The translations under genes and the position numbers were made by a program. The notes below the pieces were generated by a model. It saw only the letters and a program-made list of their open reading frames with translations. It had not been told where the DNA came from and made no database searches. Below are positions 19,338-28,082 of a stretch of DNA of 53,835 bases, piece after piece. Source of the stretch: a virus (taxonomy: Duplodnaviria > Caudoviricetes); the IMG/VR virus record IMGVR_UViG_3300033067_000444, positions 1 to 53,835 of that record; one strand, written 5' to 3'. Positions within the stretch are counted from its first letter, which is position 1; every line of letters begins with the position of its first letter.

Positions 19338-19584
19338 CTACTTGGTTTATTAGTTCGATTGCTTCGTCTACTGTCTTCGGCGGTGAGGCCACCCCTTGCT
19401 CTTCGAGTAGTTTACTGAATCGTGCTACCTGCTCTTCTCTACCCTCGTGTCCCTCTGGCAGGGTAAGCATGTCCCGAAGGTTTACCGCATACAGTTGCAT
19501 CTCTCTCGTTACTATCAATTTGCCTTCGGGTGGTGCCGGTGTTGGTATCGGCGGCGGTACTGGTGCTGCTTTCTTTCTGGCCAT
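19321..19584 (-). CDS. Hypothetical protein
   Basis: 87 aa; SD AGGAG; tiled in the operon. Confidence 0.6.
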   Translation of the reverse strand: MARKKAAPVPPPIPTPAPPEGKLIVTREMQLYAVNLRDMLTLPEGHEGREEQVARFSKLLEEQGVASPPKTVDEAIELINQVGEFNG

Positions 19585-19595
19585 GCTCTTCTCCT

Positions 19596-19637
19596 GAAAA
19601 ACCGTTATGTTGCCTTCAATGCATGGGCAACATAACG
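19596..19637 (-). terminator. Rho-independent terminator
   Basis: 12-bp stem CGTTATGTTGCC/GGCAACATAACG followed by GTTTTT on the minus strand, just downstream of 19654..20475. Confidence 0.7.
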
Positions 19638-19653
19638 TTATTCTTGTTTTAGA

Positions 19654-20475
19654 TTACGCTCTGTTCATCGCGCTCATTACGTAGTCTATGTCAAAGGTTT
19701 TCGCGGTGGTTCCTCCCACGTTAGACACGGTTATTACTGGGGTTAAGTAGGCGCTGGCGGTTAGCGCACCCGTCATAATCGTGCCCACTTTTGCCCCGTT
19801 GCGGTAGAAAGTAGCATTGCCGCGGGTATCCAGTGCGATACGCAGTATTTCGGTGGTGTCCGCCACGGGTGCGTACCCACTATTCTGGTGTGTAGCGGCT
19901 ACGGTAGCGGCGACCCCTGTCAGCCACCAGTTATCTGTAGACATGCGTGTGTCAAACATCCAACCCACGGCATCGTTAGCCGCGATAGTGAACGTGTCCG
20001 CCGAAGATGCTGACATGATCGGGGCTTCAAGAGCAGCGGCTACCGTATCAGTGAACCCGACAAAGATATATGCCTGTGTTATCGCAGATATCTTTATGCG
20101 TGTTTCGAAAGTTAAACCTCCGTTGCTTGCTTGGAGCATCCGCACGCGCTTGGTCATCTGCACGCTATCCGCTGCTAGTGTGCCGTCGTTGCCTGTTGTC
20201 ATCCGTAGTACGCCGCCCATTCCACCAGCTAACAGCGCCGCGGTCGGTGTTCCTGAATCATTACCTACCGTTACGAGCCAATTCGACGTGCTGTTGAAAT
20301 CTCGTAGGAAGTCTTCGAAATCCACTATATGTCTCGGCGAAGGAACCGGCATTTGCCCGTATACTGATCCTCCTTTTCCCCCACCTACGTGTAGACCCTG
20401 CCGCGCTATCACTGAACTGTCATGTGCCAATCCGATAGTGTTCGTATCGTATAGAGATGTTAATATTTGTTTCAT
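19654..20475 (-). CDS. Putative head decoration/fibre protein with lectin-like beta-sandwich
   Basis: Thr/Ala/Gly-rich, beta-rich; LRI.LD..GNATFY.NG..V pattern of ConA/LamG-like folds; has its own terminator. Confidence 0.55.
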   Translation of the reverse strand: MKQILTSLYDTNTIGLAHDSSVIARQGLHVGGGKGGSVYGQMPVPSPRHIVDFEDFLRDFNSTSNWLVTVGNDSGTPTAALLAGGMGGVLRMTTGNDGTLAADSVQMTKRVRMLQASNGGLTFETRIKISAITQAYIFVGFTDTVAAALEAPIMSASSADTFTIAANDAVGWMFDTRMSTDNWWLTGVAATVAATHQNSGYAPVADTTEILRIALDTRGNATFYRNGAKVGTIMTGALTASAYLTPVITVSNVGGTTAKTFDIDYVMSAMNRA

Positions 20476-20513
20476 GGTCTTGTTAATCCTCTAAAAGTTG
20501 TACATCAAAGATA

Positions 20514-21194
20514 CTACTTGCTGCCTTCCACGGCGGTGGAATTCTCCTGCTCCTTCTTGCGTAACGCTTCCTGCAAGAAGAACGCTATTCGTCGTGCCTT
20601 CTCGTTGCGGCTCATCTGCTTAACCTCGATGCTGCCTTCTACCTTAACACTGTCTTCGTACAACTTGAGACGTTTTGCCAGCACGTTCAGCGCGTTAAGT
20701 TTATCGTACATCTTAACTTTGTGCGTAGCGGTTTGCATTACGCCTTCACCATCGCCAATCGTCTGCACGTCTACGGAGGAGACCGCGGCGGCGGTATCGT
20801 CGTCCAGTTCATCGACAGGCACAAGGTGACCTTCGTCATCAAACACACAACGGATGTCTGCAAAAGCAATGCGTGCGTACTCTTTCAGTACACGTTCGGG
20901 AGTTATTTGTAGTTGTTCGCGGAGTGCGAGGATTCTGGCATGTAGTCGTTTACGAGTTTCGGGATTACGAAAAGGGCCTGCGCCCCTGGATTCCATGCCT
21001 AAGGCTTTATTGGCCTCTGACCGTGATCCTGTTCGCATGAGTTCGGCGATATAAGCATCTTCACGCAAGCCCCTTGCGGCTTCTTGCGCTTCACGTTTTA
21101 CGTTCGAGACTGTCTTGTGGAACTTGTCGGCCTTTGATAGCCGTACTGGTTCCACTTCAAACAGGTCTGCGAAATCGGGGTCTATGTGTTCCAT
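20514..21194 (-). CDS. terS: Terminase small subunit
   Basis: IT.ERVL.EY.RIAFADI...and K.KM.DKL.AL..L patterns; upstream of terL. Confidence 0.85.
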   Translation of the reverse strand: MEHIDPDFADLFEVEPVRLSKADKFHKTVSNVKREAQEAARGLREDAYIAELMRTGSRSEANKALGMESRGAGPFRNPETRKRLHARILALREQLQITPERVLKEYARIAFADIRCVFDDEGHLVPVDELDDDTAAAVSSVDVQTIGDGEGVMQTATHKVKMYDKLNALNVLAKRLKLYEDSVKVEGSIEVKQMSRNEKARRIAFFLQEALRKKEQENSTAVEGSK

Positions 21195-21200
21195 GCGCGG

Positions 21201-21230
21201 AAGCTAACACAGAAAGAGCGCGATTGTCAA
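21201..21230 (-). promoter_or_regulatory. Sigma70-like promoter of terS (leaderless configuration)
   Basis: TTGACA-18 nt-TAGCTT; ATG starts 7 nt after the -10 box; no SD. Confidence 0.55.
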
Positions 21231-21243
21231 TACTTCGATGTAT

Positions 21244-21543
21244 TCATGCGTCGAGCGAATATAGCTTCACTTCACCCGCGGCGGCTGCGTCCACTATCGC
21301 GATGTCTTTATCCGTCTCGATGGGTTTTAAAGCTTCGCCTGGTAGCATGTAATACCATCCGATTTGCGGTGTACCCTTGAGTACCTGGGTAAGTTTTAAT
21401 TCTTCAGGTTTAAGTACACTGACTTCCATAGTGTAGTAATCAACGCCCTCGAGCGTAGTCTGTAAGTCACTGATGGACAGTACCTCGTCGGCTATCTTAC
21501 CGTCGGGTAATTCGAGGACGTTGTTTACAATTTTCTTAGCCAT
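21244..21543 (-). CDS. Hypothetical protein
   Basis: 99-aa ORF, protein-like composition, tiled. Confidence 0.6.
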   Translation of the reverse strand: MAKKIVNNVLELPDGKIADEVLSISDLQTTLEGVDYYTMEVSVLKPEELKLTQVLKGTPQIGWYYMLPGEALKPIETDKDIAIVDAAAAGEVKLYSLDA

Positions 21544-21551
21544 GAATCGTG

Positions 21552-21860
21552 CTACCCAAAAAGTAATTTGTTAATCGTTATTTCTTCGAGCATGGTGTAC
21601 GCGGCTTGCCACAAGTCCGGTAGCTCGCTTAACCGTTCTTCGTCCGTGTTCTTCTCGAAGTCCTTACCGTTCCACAGCACCCAAAAACTTGTGTACTTCA
21701 CCCGTTGAGGGTCGTGGCAGGCGACGTTAAAAACTGTCGCATGGCGGTACTGGTGCAGTGGTTGATCCAACTCGAACAAGAAAAATTCGGTCTGGTCGTG
21801 GGTGCCCAAACTGCCGTGTGGTATCCATCTTCCATCCGTGAGGTAGTGCTCGTTCGTCAT
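21552..21860 (-). CDS. Hypothetical protein
   Basis: 102-aa ORF with GGAG SD. Confidence 0.6.
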   Translation of the reverse strand: MTNEHYLTDGRWIPHGSLGTHDQTEFFLFELDQPLHQYRHATVFNVACHDPQRVKYTSFWVLWNGKDFEKNTDEERLSELPDLWQAAYTMLEEITINKLLFG

Positions 21861-21897
21861 GCTCTTCTCCGTCTGTCGTTCGACGAAACCCTGGCCT

Positions 21898-22217
21898 TGG
21901 GTCTCGTGAATTCCGTGTTTATCCGTCTATCGTAACCCGTCAAGGTTAAGCCCAAAACGGTTGTGGTGCTCGTTTGTCCAGTTGACGCTGGCTTCCCTAG
22001 CTCCCGAAGTCGTGAACCCGTCAAGGTACGCCGTGCTTCGTTGTGGCCTTCGCTCTGCCAGTTGACGCTGGTTTCGCTTGTGCCCGGTGCGTATTGCCTG
22101 TTTTGCGAGACCCACCTCGACTTTTCTACACCGATGGATTGTTCGGTACGTGACCCCCGCCCTGCTTTGCTCAAACCAATTCTTTCCGAGACTTTTCCTT
22201 GTTGCTTCACAATCCAT
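21898..22217 (-). ncRNA. Candidate structured RNA with tandem kissing-loop modules
   Basis: Two 80-nt repeats, each with hairpins CCAG-CGUCAA-CUGG and ACC-UUGACG-GGU; 9-bp closing stems 21898-21906/22106-22114 and 22134-22142/22209-22217; starts at the predicted TSS of a consensus promoter. Confidence 0.6.
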
Positions 22218-22224
22218 GACCGAC

Positions 22225-22253
22225 ATCGTAGCGGAAAACTTTTTACGTGTCAA
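22225..22253 (-). promoter_or_regulatory. Strong sigma70-like promoter
   Basis: TTGACA-17 nt-TACGAT with an AT-rich upstream tract. Confidence 0.75.
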
Positions 22254-22366
22254 GCGGCGAATAAAAATAATTCTCCGATTGTGCTATCGAGAACTTAACA
22301 CGAATTAAATTCTACTTCACTCCAATCTCGAATCAAAATCGTCGAGGTTTGTCTGAGCATGCAAGG

Positions 22367-22380
22367 AGGGGGGCCCCCCT
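22367..22380. repeat. Perfect 14-bp palindrome AGGGGGGCCCCCCT; candidate packaging/terminus site
   Basis: GC-rich palindrome within a ~700-bp AT-rich non-coding gap between divergent operons, near terS. Confidence 0.45.
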
Positions 22381-22971
22381 AAAGGGGGTCCCACCCCTAG
22401 CACTGCACATACTTCACTTTACCTGTTTTTTCTTGCATCCAAACCCTTTACCCATAACGCTTTGCGCGAAATCACGCCTGTCAGTTTTTAACTCCCACAC
22501 ACCCTCGGATAAAATCCTACAAAAATTCGCAGTTATCCACAAGGCAAACAACGTATCCATGCCACTTTACACGAATTACGTGCTACTTTTTCCAACGAGA
22601 ATATAATTCTTGCTTCTTGTTATCCTACAAGAATGTGAATTCTACTTGGTCTTTTTCTCTTTATAATCTTCGACATGCACGGTGCATAAGTGCCCGTGCA
22701 TCCGTGCATAATTGAAACTCTCTTACATTTTACTTACAAGAATTCTGTACAGATTAATTTTTAATCAGAATATAAAAGCTAGTTGACTGCTATCTAATCA
22801 GAATAAAAATCACGTTGCTCAATAATTAATCAAAAGCGCCGTGCAAAACACGGAATTATCAATCATAGTTTTTATCATTAGATAATTAAAAGATAGTACA
22901 AACAAGATGTTGCGAATTGATTTCTGTGATACTATTGACACCAATTAAATTCTGTGCCTACGGGGTATGTA

Positions 22972-23733
22972 ATGAACTCTTCAATATTTAGACGTTTCCT
23001 GAACATGTGCGGGGTTCCAACCCTAGATAGTGCAACCAACACTCTGAAACTGAGAGGTTCCCCGGTAGTGGTAACCAACACGTTGTACTCAACGGTGCCA
23101 GCGCTACTGGCAGAGACACCAGCGGCGAACACGATAGCGCTGCTCGATACTGCGGCATTTACCGGAACGGGTAAGAGAACCAAACCACTCCCGATGATAT
23201 ACACCGGAAGTTTGTGGCGACCGTTTGAGGATTACGCGACGTTATTTAAGATACAGTTCGGAACGCAAGCCACACCAGCAATGAACCGTAGCACGACAGG
23301 GGTGTATGCTTTCCCCGAGCCAATTATCATCCCCGGGGAGCTACTGAATACCGACGGAGATGCGCTTTACACTATTACGCGGACACAAAAACACGGCACT
23401 GTCGGCACGGCAGCGGTACGGTGCCGACTGGGAACTGACGCGACAGATACTAACAATTCATTACTCTTTCAGATATCCCCCGCACAGACACCGGATCTTG
23501 GCGCACAGACACTAATATCGGAAGCCATCAGGACATCCAGCACAACGCTCTTTACGACAAGCAACGGCACGTTAAACGCAAACCACGCGGCTGGGTTCTG
23601 GGCAGATAAAAATACTCTTATAAACTTCAGTGCGGATCAACACATGGACTACTCACTAACCACGGTATCCGCGGGGGATTCGGTTGATCTGTTAAGTATT
23701 GAAGTAGTTCTAAAGACCGGAGTATACCTGTGA
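22972..23733 (+). CDS. Putative tail/receptor-binding or adaptor protein
   Basis: Thr/Ala-rich beta protein; N-terminus MNSSIFRRF shared with the tailspike at 24840; start taken at ATG 22972. Confidence 0.6.
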   Translation: MNSSIFRRFLNMCGVPTLDSATNTLKLRGSPVVVTNTLYSTVPALLAETPAANTIALLDTAAFTGTGKRTKPLPMIYTGSLWRPFEDYATLFKIQFGTQATPAMNRSTTGVYAFPEPIIIPGELLNTDGDALYTITRTQKHGTVGTAAVRCRLGTDATDTNNSLLFQISPAQTPDLGAQTLISEAIRTSSTTLFTTSNGTLNANHAAGFWADKNTLINFSADQHMDYSLTTVSAGDSVDLLSIEVVLKTGVYL

Positions 23734-24824
23734 CTTCCATAATACATAACGGCCTAGGATGTCTGACTCTCGACTCTAGTAGGGTTCAGGAGAATATCAG
23801 ATTCTACCCGGGACACTACATGGCCGCCCGTAAGCCCGAGAGTGGGAATACCGTAACCAGCCTGTCGACCATACTCGGTACAGACCTACCGGCTTGTCCT
23901 GCGTATCGGGGTATGCAGGAGAGGCTAAATTGGAAATACGTCGAAACTTCCGAGGGGCAATATAACTTTAGTTGGATACAAGATAGGTTGACCAGCCTTC
24001 AACTAAGTGGTACGGATATTAGAAAATTATGCCTGATGTTCGTACAACGGACGTTCTCAGACAACCATTGCGTACCTGACTATATGCTAACCGATCCGCT
24101 CTACGACGGCGGGGATACTATACATTCCGGGGTTGGCAATGGTTACATGATAAAGTGGCAGAACCATTACATAGTCGAAAAGTTCAGATTGATGATTAAC
24201 GCGATGGCCGAGTCGCTGAACGGGAGCAATCTTGCTTTACGGGATAATCCCCAGTTGGCCATGATAGCGATATCCGAGACGGCCACCGGGTCGGCGGTCA
24301 TCGACAAACCATTACACTACGCCGGTTTGGGACAGGTACAGGAGTATCTGGTACGAGCTTTCCCTAGGACCATGACCCGACAGATAACAAACTACCCTGG
24401 CCCGTTCCTCGATGATATCTTCGCAAATATTGCCGCGGGGGGCATAGTAGCGATAGGCGGGCCAGATACTTTTGATGATGAATCTGGCTTGGAGAATCAC
24501 CAGGGATACTCAGGACTTTACCCCAGGCTGAGAACCTTGAAGGATGACTACATAATAGTGATGGAAGTGCAGAACTCCAATTATGATTACTCCAACCTAG
24601 CAGGCACAGGCGGGTATGCACCGACGAAACAACAACTTCTCAATTTCAATAAAGACCCAGCTAATTGGTATGCTCACATTGTTCTGTGGGATCGAGATAC
24701 TACGACGAATGCGGTGACGGGTAACGCCAATTACCTTGATGTGCAGACCCTGCTCAACGAGAGTGCACAAACCGCAGACGCATTCGGCGGGTTGAACAAA
24801 ACAAGACCTTTGCGTGTCCGTTAA
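23730..24824 (+). CDS. TIM-barrel glycoside hydrolase-like protein (clan GH-A-like), candidate depolymerase
   Basis: W..VE..EG.YNFS.I motif; ISET (acid/base-like) and MEVQ (nucleophile-like) glutamates; GGPD motif. Confidence 0.65.
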   Translation: MTSIIHNGLGCLTLDSSRVQENIRFYPGHYMAARKPESGNTVTSLSTILGTDLPACPAYRGMQERLNWKYVETSEGQYNFSWIQDRLTSLQLSGTDIRKLCLMFVQRTFSDNHCVPDYMLTDPLYDGGDTIHSGVGNGYMIKWQNHYIVEKFRLMINAMAESLNGSNLALRDNPQLAMIAISETATGSAVIDKPLHYAGLGQVQEYLVRAFPRTMTRQITNYPGPFLDDIFANIAAGGIVAIGGPDTFDDESGLENHQGYSGLYPRLRTLKDDYIIVMEVQNSNYDYSNLAGTGGYAPTKQQLLNFNKDPANWYAHIVLWDRDTTTNAVTGNANYLDVQTLLNESAQTADAFGGLNKTRPLRVR

Positions 24825-24839
24825 TCTAAGAGGAATTAA

Positions 24840-27251
24840 ATGAACTCGTCAATATTTCGTAGATTCATGAATCGGATAGGCGGATTGACAATCAATCCGG
24901 TATCAAGAGAGTTACAGTTACGGGGACAACCATTTGAGCACCAGTTCCTGGGCTGGAAAGACGTGAGGGGATACGCAGGCGGAGCAGATAGATCGGGTGT
25001 CATAGACTGCAACGACTCTATTGTAGCAGCCTTGGCCGACGCGCCCAGGGCGGCAGCTTACAACGATCCACGAATCCCTGAAGGGGCGGTTATATACTTC
25101 CCCTCCGGTAAATACCGTAACGATGTTGGCACCATTGATCTAGGAAGCGGCGAGACGGCGAACCATTATTCGCAAGGAATCACGTTGCAAGGGGATACTA
25201 CCGGAGCGACAATCCTTTACACGAACAACCTGACGACTTTCTTCAGTGCAAGAACGGCGGTTGAAAAACTCAAGATAAGGGATATGACGATCATCTCTTA
25301 TGCGACGTACACGGGCCTCGGAACCATAGAGAATTTACTGGATTTTCTCGAATGTACTTATGTGCAATTAGAAAACGTTAAGTTGTATGTAAGATACCCT
25401 GGGGTTGGTAACACAGATGCGCGATGCTTGAGCATGATACGAAATTACTATTCCGGTACGAAGAACTGTCACACCTACATGCACTCTACGACATCATCCG
25501 AAAGGCACAACGTATCGTTCGCAGCAAATGCCACGAAATACGGCGGAACGCACATGTACACAGAGGACAACAATGCGCTGTGGATACGCGACCATCGGTG
25601 GGAGAATGCATTCCGTGGTATGCACATGGTAAACGAGGACGGTGCCCTTATCTCAGGTGGAGATATGGAGCAATTCGTGCAAGCCTTCAAACTGGACAAT
25701 TGCGAATTCTGCAATTTTAACCTACGCTTTGAGACTCACGCAGAAGACATCTACCAGTATGAAGGGGATGGCACGCAGTATGCCGTTCTGTGCGATGAGA
25801 CATCAGAATATAATAGATTCGAGGGTGCGGCTTGGATCACGCAGAGTAATTTCTCCGACTTTGGATACATTGACAAGAACGGTTCTAATGTGTTCGCGAT
25901 GCGCCAGTTGTTAGGTAAGGCGCCGAACCGGCCACTAACCCGTAACGGCAATTTTGCTCAAGGCGGCTATACCGATACGACCTTTAAGATACCCGGATGG
26001 GCGTTAGTTGGAGCGGCGACAGTGGTTACGAACGAGACCACTGACTTACCGCCAGAACCGGACATCACACGGGCAATGCGTATCACCAGTACAGCAAACG
26101 TCAACGGGATCAAGACGGCCACCTTCCTGCTCGATCCCGAGAAAATAGCCAAGCTGGCCTGGAAATTTTGGATGAAGAGAACCACAGGTGACCACTCACT
26201 GCGCCTGTTACTGAACAGTGCAAGCGCCGGGTATCTTGTCAGTAATTTTATTACTCAGTCCAGAGGTAGCACGGCACTCACAACCGGAGTCACGGGTATA
26301 CCGATATCGGGCATCCCGGTGTGGGCGGCAAATATACTCACCATAAACACCGCTGTCCCTAAATGCTTCGTGAAAGTTAACCAGAAGGTAACACTAGCTG
26401 GCTTCACTTCTACGACATCAATCAATGCCAGTTTCTTGGTGACTGAAGTAACCGACGACGACACTTTCAAACTAGCAGTGAACTACGATCCTGGTCCGAT
26501 AACGGTAGTTGGGACCTTTGCACGCACTGGCATAGACGATGCTGCGGATCTGTCAGAATGGCGAAAATTTGAAGGCATAGCCAAGCTGCGACGGTCGATA
26601 GTAGGCATTCGTACAGTAGGTGCGAACGTCGAGTTGACGCTCAATGGCGCATCCTGGACCCCCAACGTCGGTTCAACATTCAAAATTTGGGGAACGAACA
26701 ACCCGGCATACAACACAACACATGCGGTAGTAAGTTCTTCCGGCCCCACTGGTGTGATCGTCACGATAGCCGACCCAGGCGGCGCGTTGCCGACACACAA
26801 TGGTAGTGGTGACGCTGACCTAACCGGGGTAGACTGGTACGGTTTCGGCGGGTTCTACGGGGATGTTAACTTAGCGTTCGGCGCGGAATTCACCACGGGG
26901 GTCAACGTCTCAGCGACCCATTTGATTGGCGGGGTGGTATTTAAAGCGCTAAACGGCGAAGCGGTCATCGGTAACGACTACCGGCCTGCAACCGAAACGT
27001 TTGTAGGTGCCAAAACGTATAACTGGCCGAACTGCGCGGCGGGAGCATCGCTGACAACAACGGTATCGGTTCCAGGGGCATCCGTAGGGGATACGGCGGT
27101 GGCAGGTTTCTCGGTCAGTACAGCAGGCTTGCAGGTCAAGACAGAGATATCGGCTACGGACGAAGCGACGGTCGAGATATACAACACAACAGGGGTCGGG
27201 ATTGTCCTGGGATCTTGCTTGGTAACGGTAACCTCAACACATACTTACTAA
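24840..27251 (+). CDS. Tailspike with right-handed beta-helix (pectate-lyase-like) and accessory C-terminal domains
   Basis: DV..Y.GA...G..D...I..AL and VIYFPSG.Y entry motifs; Asn/Cys-ladder-like repeats; NGNF...PGW CBM-like segment; terminal TVSVPGA.VGD domain. Confidence 0.82.
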   Translation: MNSSIFRRFMNRIGGLTINPVSRELQLRGQPFEHQFLGWKDVRGYAGGADRSGVIDCNDSIVAALADAPRAAAYNDPRIPEGAVIYFPSGKYRNDVGTIDLGSGETANHYSQGITLQGDTTGATILYTNNLTTFFSARTAVEKLKIRDMTIISYATYTGLGTIENLLDFLECTYVQLENVKLYVRYPGVGNTDARCLSMIRNYYSGTKNCHTYMHSTTSSERHNVSFAANATKYGGTHMYTEDNNALWIRDHRWENAFRGMHMVNEDGALISGGDMEQFVQAFKLDNCEFCNFNLRFETHAEDIYQYEGDGTQYAVLCDETSEYNRFEGAAWITQSNFSDFGYIDKNGSNVFAMRQLLGKAPNRPLTRNGNFAQGGYTDTTFKIPGWALVGAATVVTNETTDLPPEPDITRAMRITSTANVNGIKTATFLLDPEKIAKLAWKFWMKRTTGDHSLRLLLNSASAGYLVSNFITQSRGSTALTTGVTGIPISGIPVWAANILTINTAVPKCFVKVNQKVTLAGFTSTTSINASFLVTEVTDDDTFKLAVNYDPGPITVVGTFARTGIDDAADLSEWRKFEGIAKLRRSIVGIRTVGANVELTLNGASWTPNVGSTFKIWGTNNPAYNTTHAVVSSSGPTGVIVTIADPGGALPTHNGSGDADLTGVDWYGFGGFYGDVNLAFGAEFTTGVNVSATHLIGGVVFKALNGEAVIGNDYRPATETFVGAKTYNWPNCAAGASLTTTVSVPGASVGDTAVAGFSVSTAGLQVKTEISATDEATVEIYNTTGVGIVLGSCLVTVTSTHTY

Positions 27252-27252
27252 A

Positions 27253-27288
27253 AACTAAGACAGCCCGATGAACTGGGCTGTTTTAGTT
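27253..27288. terminator. Bidirectional terminator between convergent operons
   Basis: AACTAAGACAGCCC-GATGAACT-GGGCTGTTTTAGTT between stops at 27251 and 27294. Confidence 0.8.
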
Positions 27289-27293
27289 ACGTC

Positions 27294-27572
27294 CTACTCC
27301 TCTGGATCTTCCGGTAATTCTTTGTAGTGGGTTGGTTTATGAAGAGCAGAATCCCAATTAACACGTCTACATATTACTCTTTGCCTTAAACCTTCTTCCA
27401 TAGTTGGGTAATATACTAGCAATGGTTTATTCCAGGGTGCATTCTCGATCGGCAGCCAGGGGTCGAGTTCTTTGCACATCCTAATAATTGTGTGCATAAA
27501 AAGTTTGCTAGTACCATCACGCCGCAATTCTTTAATCTCCACTAACTTCTCTTTACTAATCCCTTCCATCAT
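27294..27572 (-). CDS. DUF551-like hypothetical protein (paralogue of 31494..31775)
   Basis: W.PIE.AP...TH...LPE.P pattern; SD AGGAG. Confidence 0.65.
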   Translation of the reverse strand: MMEGISKEKLVEIKELRRDGTSKLFMHTIIRMCKELDPWLPIENAPWNKPLLVYYPTMEEGLRQRVICRRVNWDSALHKPTHYKELPEDPEE

Positions 27573-27672
27573 TTCTCCTTAATTTTATTGTAAACCGGGC
27601 AGTCTTGGCCGTCATCCGCGTACATCAGACGCGCTGAGAATCTATTAAAGCAACTCGCAAGTGCCGCAACTT

Positions 27673-27903
27673 TTAGTTGTCATGGTATTCAGGTAATTCC
27701 TCCTGCTTTTCTTCAAACATCACAAAGTCATAATTCTGCGATGGATCTTCATATTTATATGCTGGCTTGCAATTAGCAAAGCTTTCACCGCATGGTTGTA
27801 GGTCGCTTAAATCACACCCGCATTCAGCATCGTTACTCACAAGGCCATCAAAATCGTTATCTACTAAGTGCTGTTTAAGTATCTCAATTACTGATGTCAT
27901 CAT
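27673..27903 (-). CDS. Small Cys-rich hypothetical protein
   Basis: DGL....ECGC...DL.PC.....C.P.Y pattern; SD GAGG. Confidence 0.6.
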   Translation of the reverse strand: MMTSVIEILKQHLVDNDFDGLVSNDAECGCDLSDLQPCGESFANCKPAYKYEDPSQNYDFVMFEEKQEELPEYHDN

Positions 27904-28082
27904 TTAACCTCGCTCTGCAGTTCTTCCAGGTTATTTCAGTCATTTAACTAATTCTTTTAATAAATCTTCATCGTAAGATGATAATTGGTGCTTAAAACAA
28001 ACCTTAGTTAGTGCGGTATCGTTAGATTCACCATCATCAACTAATTTAAAATAACTATCAACCCACTCCTCTTGCTTGGTTC

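Noticed and set aside
22030-22090. Resemblance of AAACCA...UGG..GC.AA.GCC to the c-di-GMP-I riboswitch
   Set aside because: No GNRA tetraloop/receptor, and the second module lacks the pattern; too weak without a covariance-model hit.
21930-22090. Possible mini-CRISPR array
   Set aside because: Only two copies of each short (12-14 nt) repeat, of two alternating types; no cas operon (DUF2800 is a routine phage replication nuclease).
21857-22308. Overlapping ORFs 21857..22210, 21927..22253, 21963..22298 and 22078..22308
   Set aside because: No convincing SD or protein motifs; the internal repeat has an 80-81 nt period conserved at hairpins rather than codons; one ORF starts inside the -35 box.
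22533-22541. Perfect DnaA box TTATCCACA
   Set aside because: A single copy in 54 kb is compatible with chance, and the phage encodes its own primase-helicase.
22972-27251. BPP-1-type diversity-generating retroelement
   Set aside because: No reverse transcriptase motif and no TR/VR pair differing at adenines seen.
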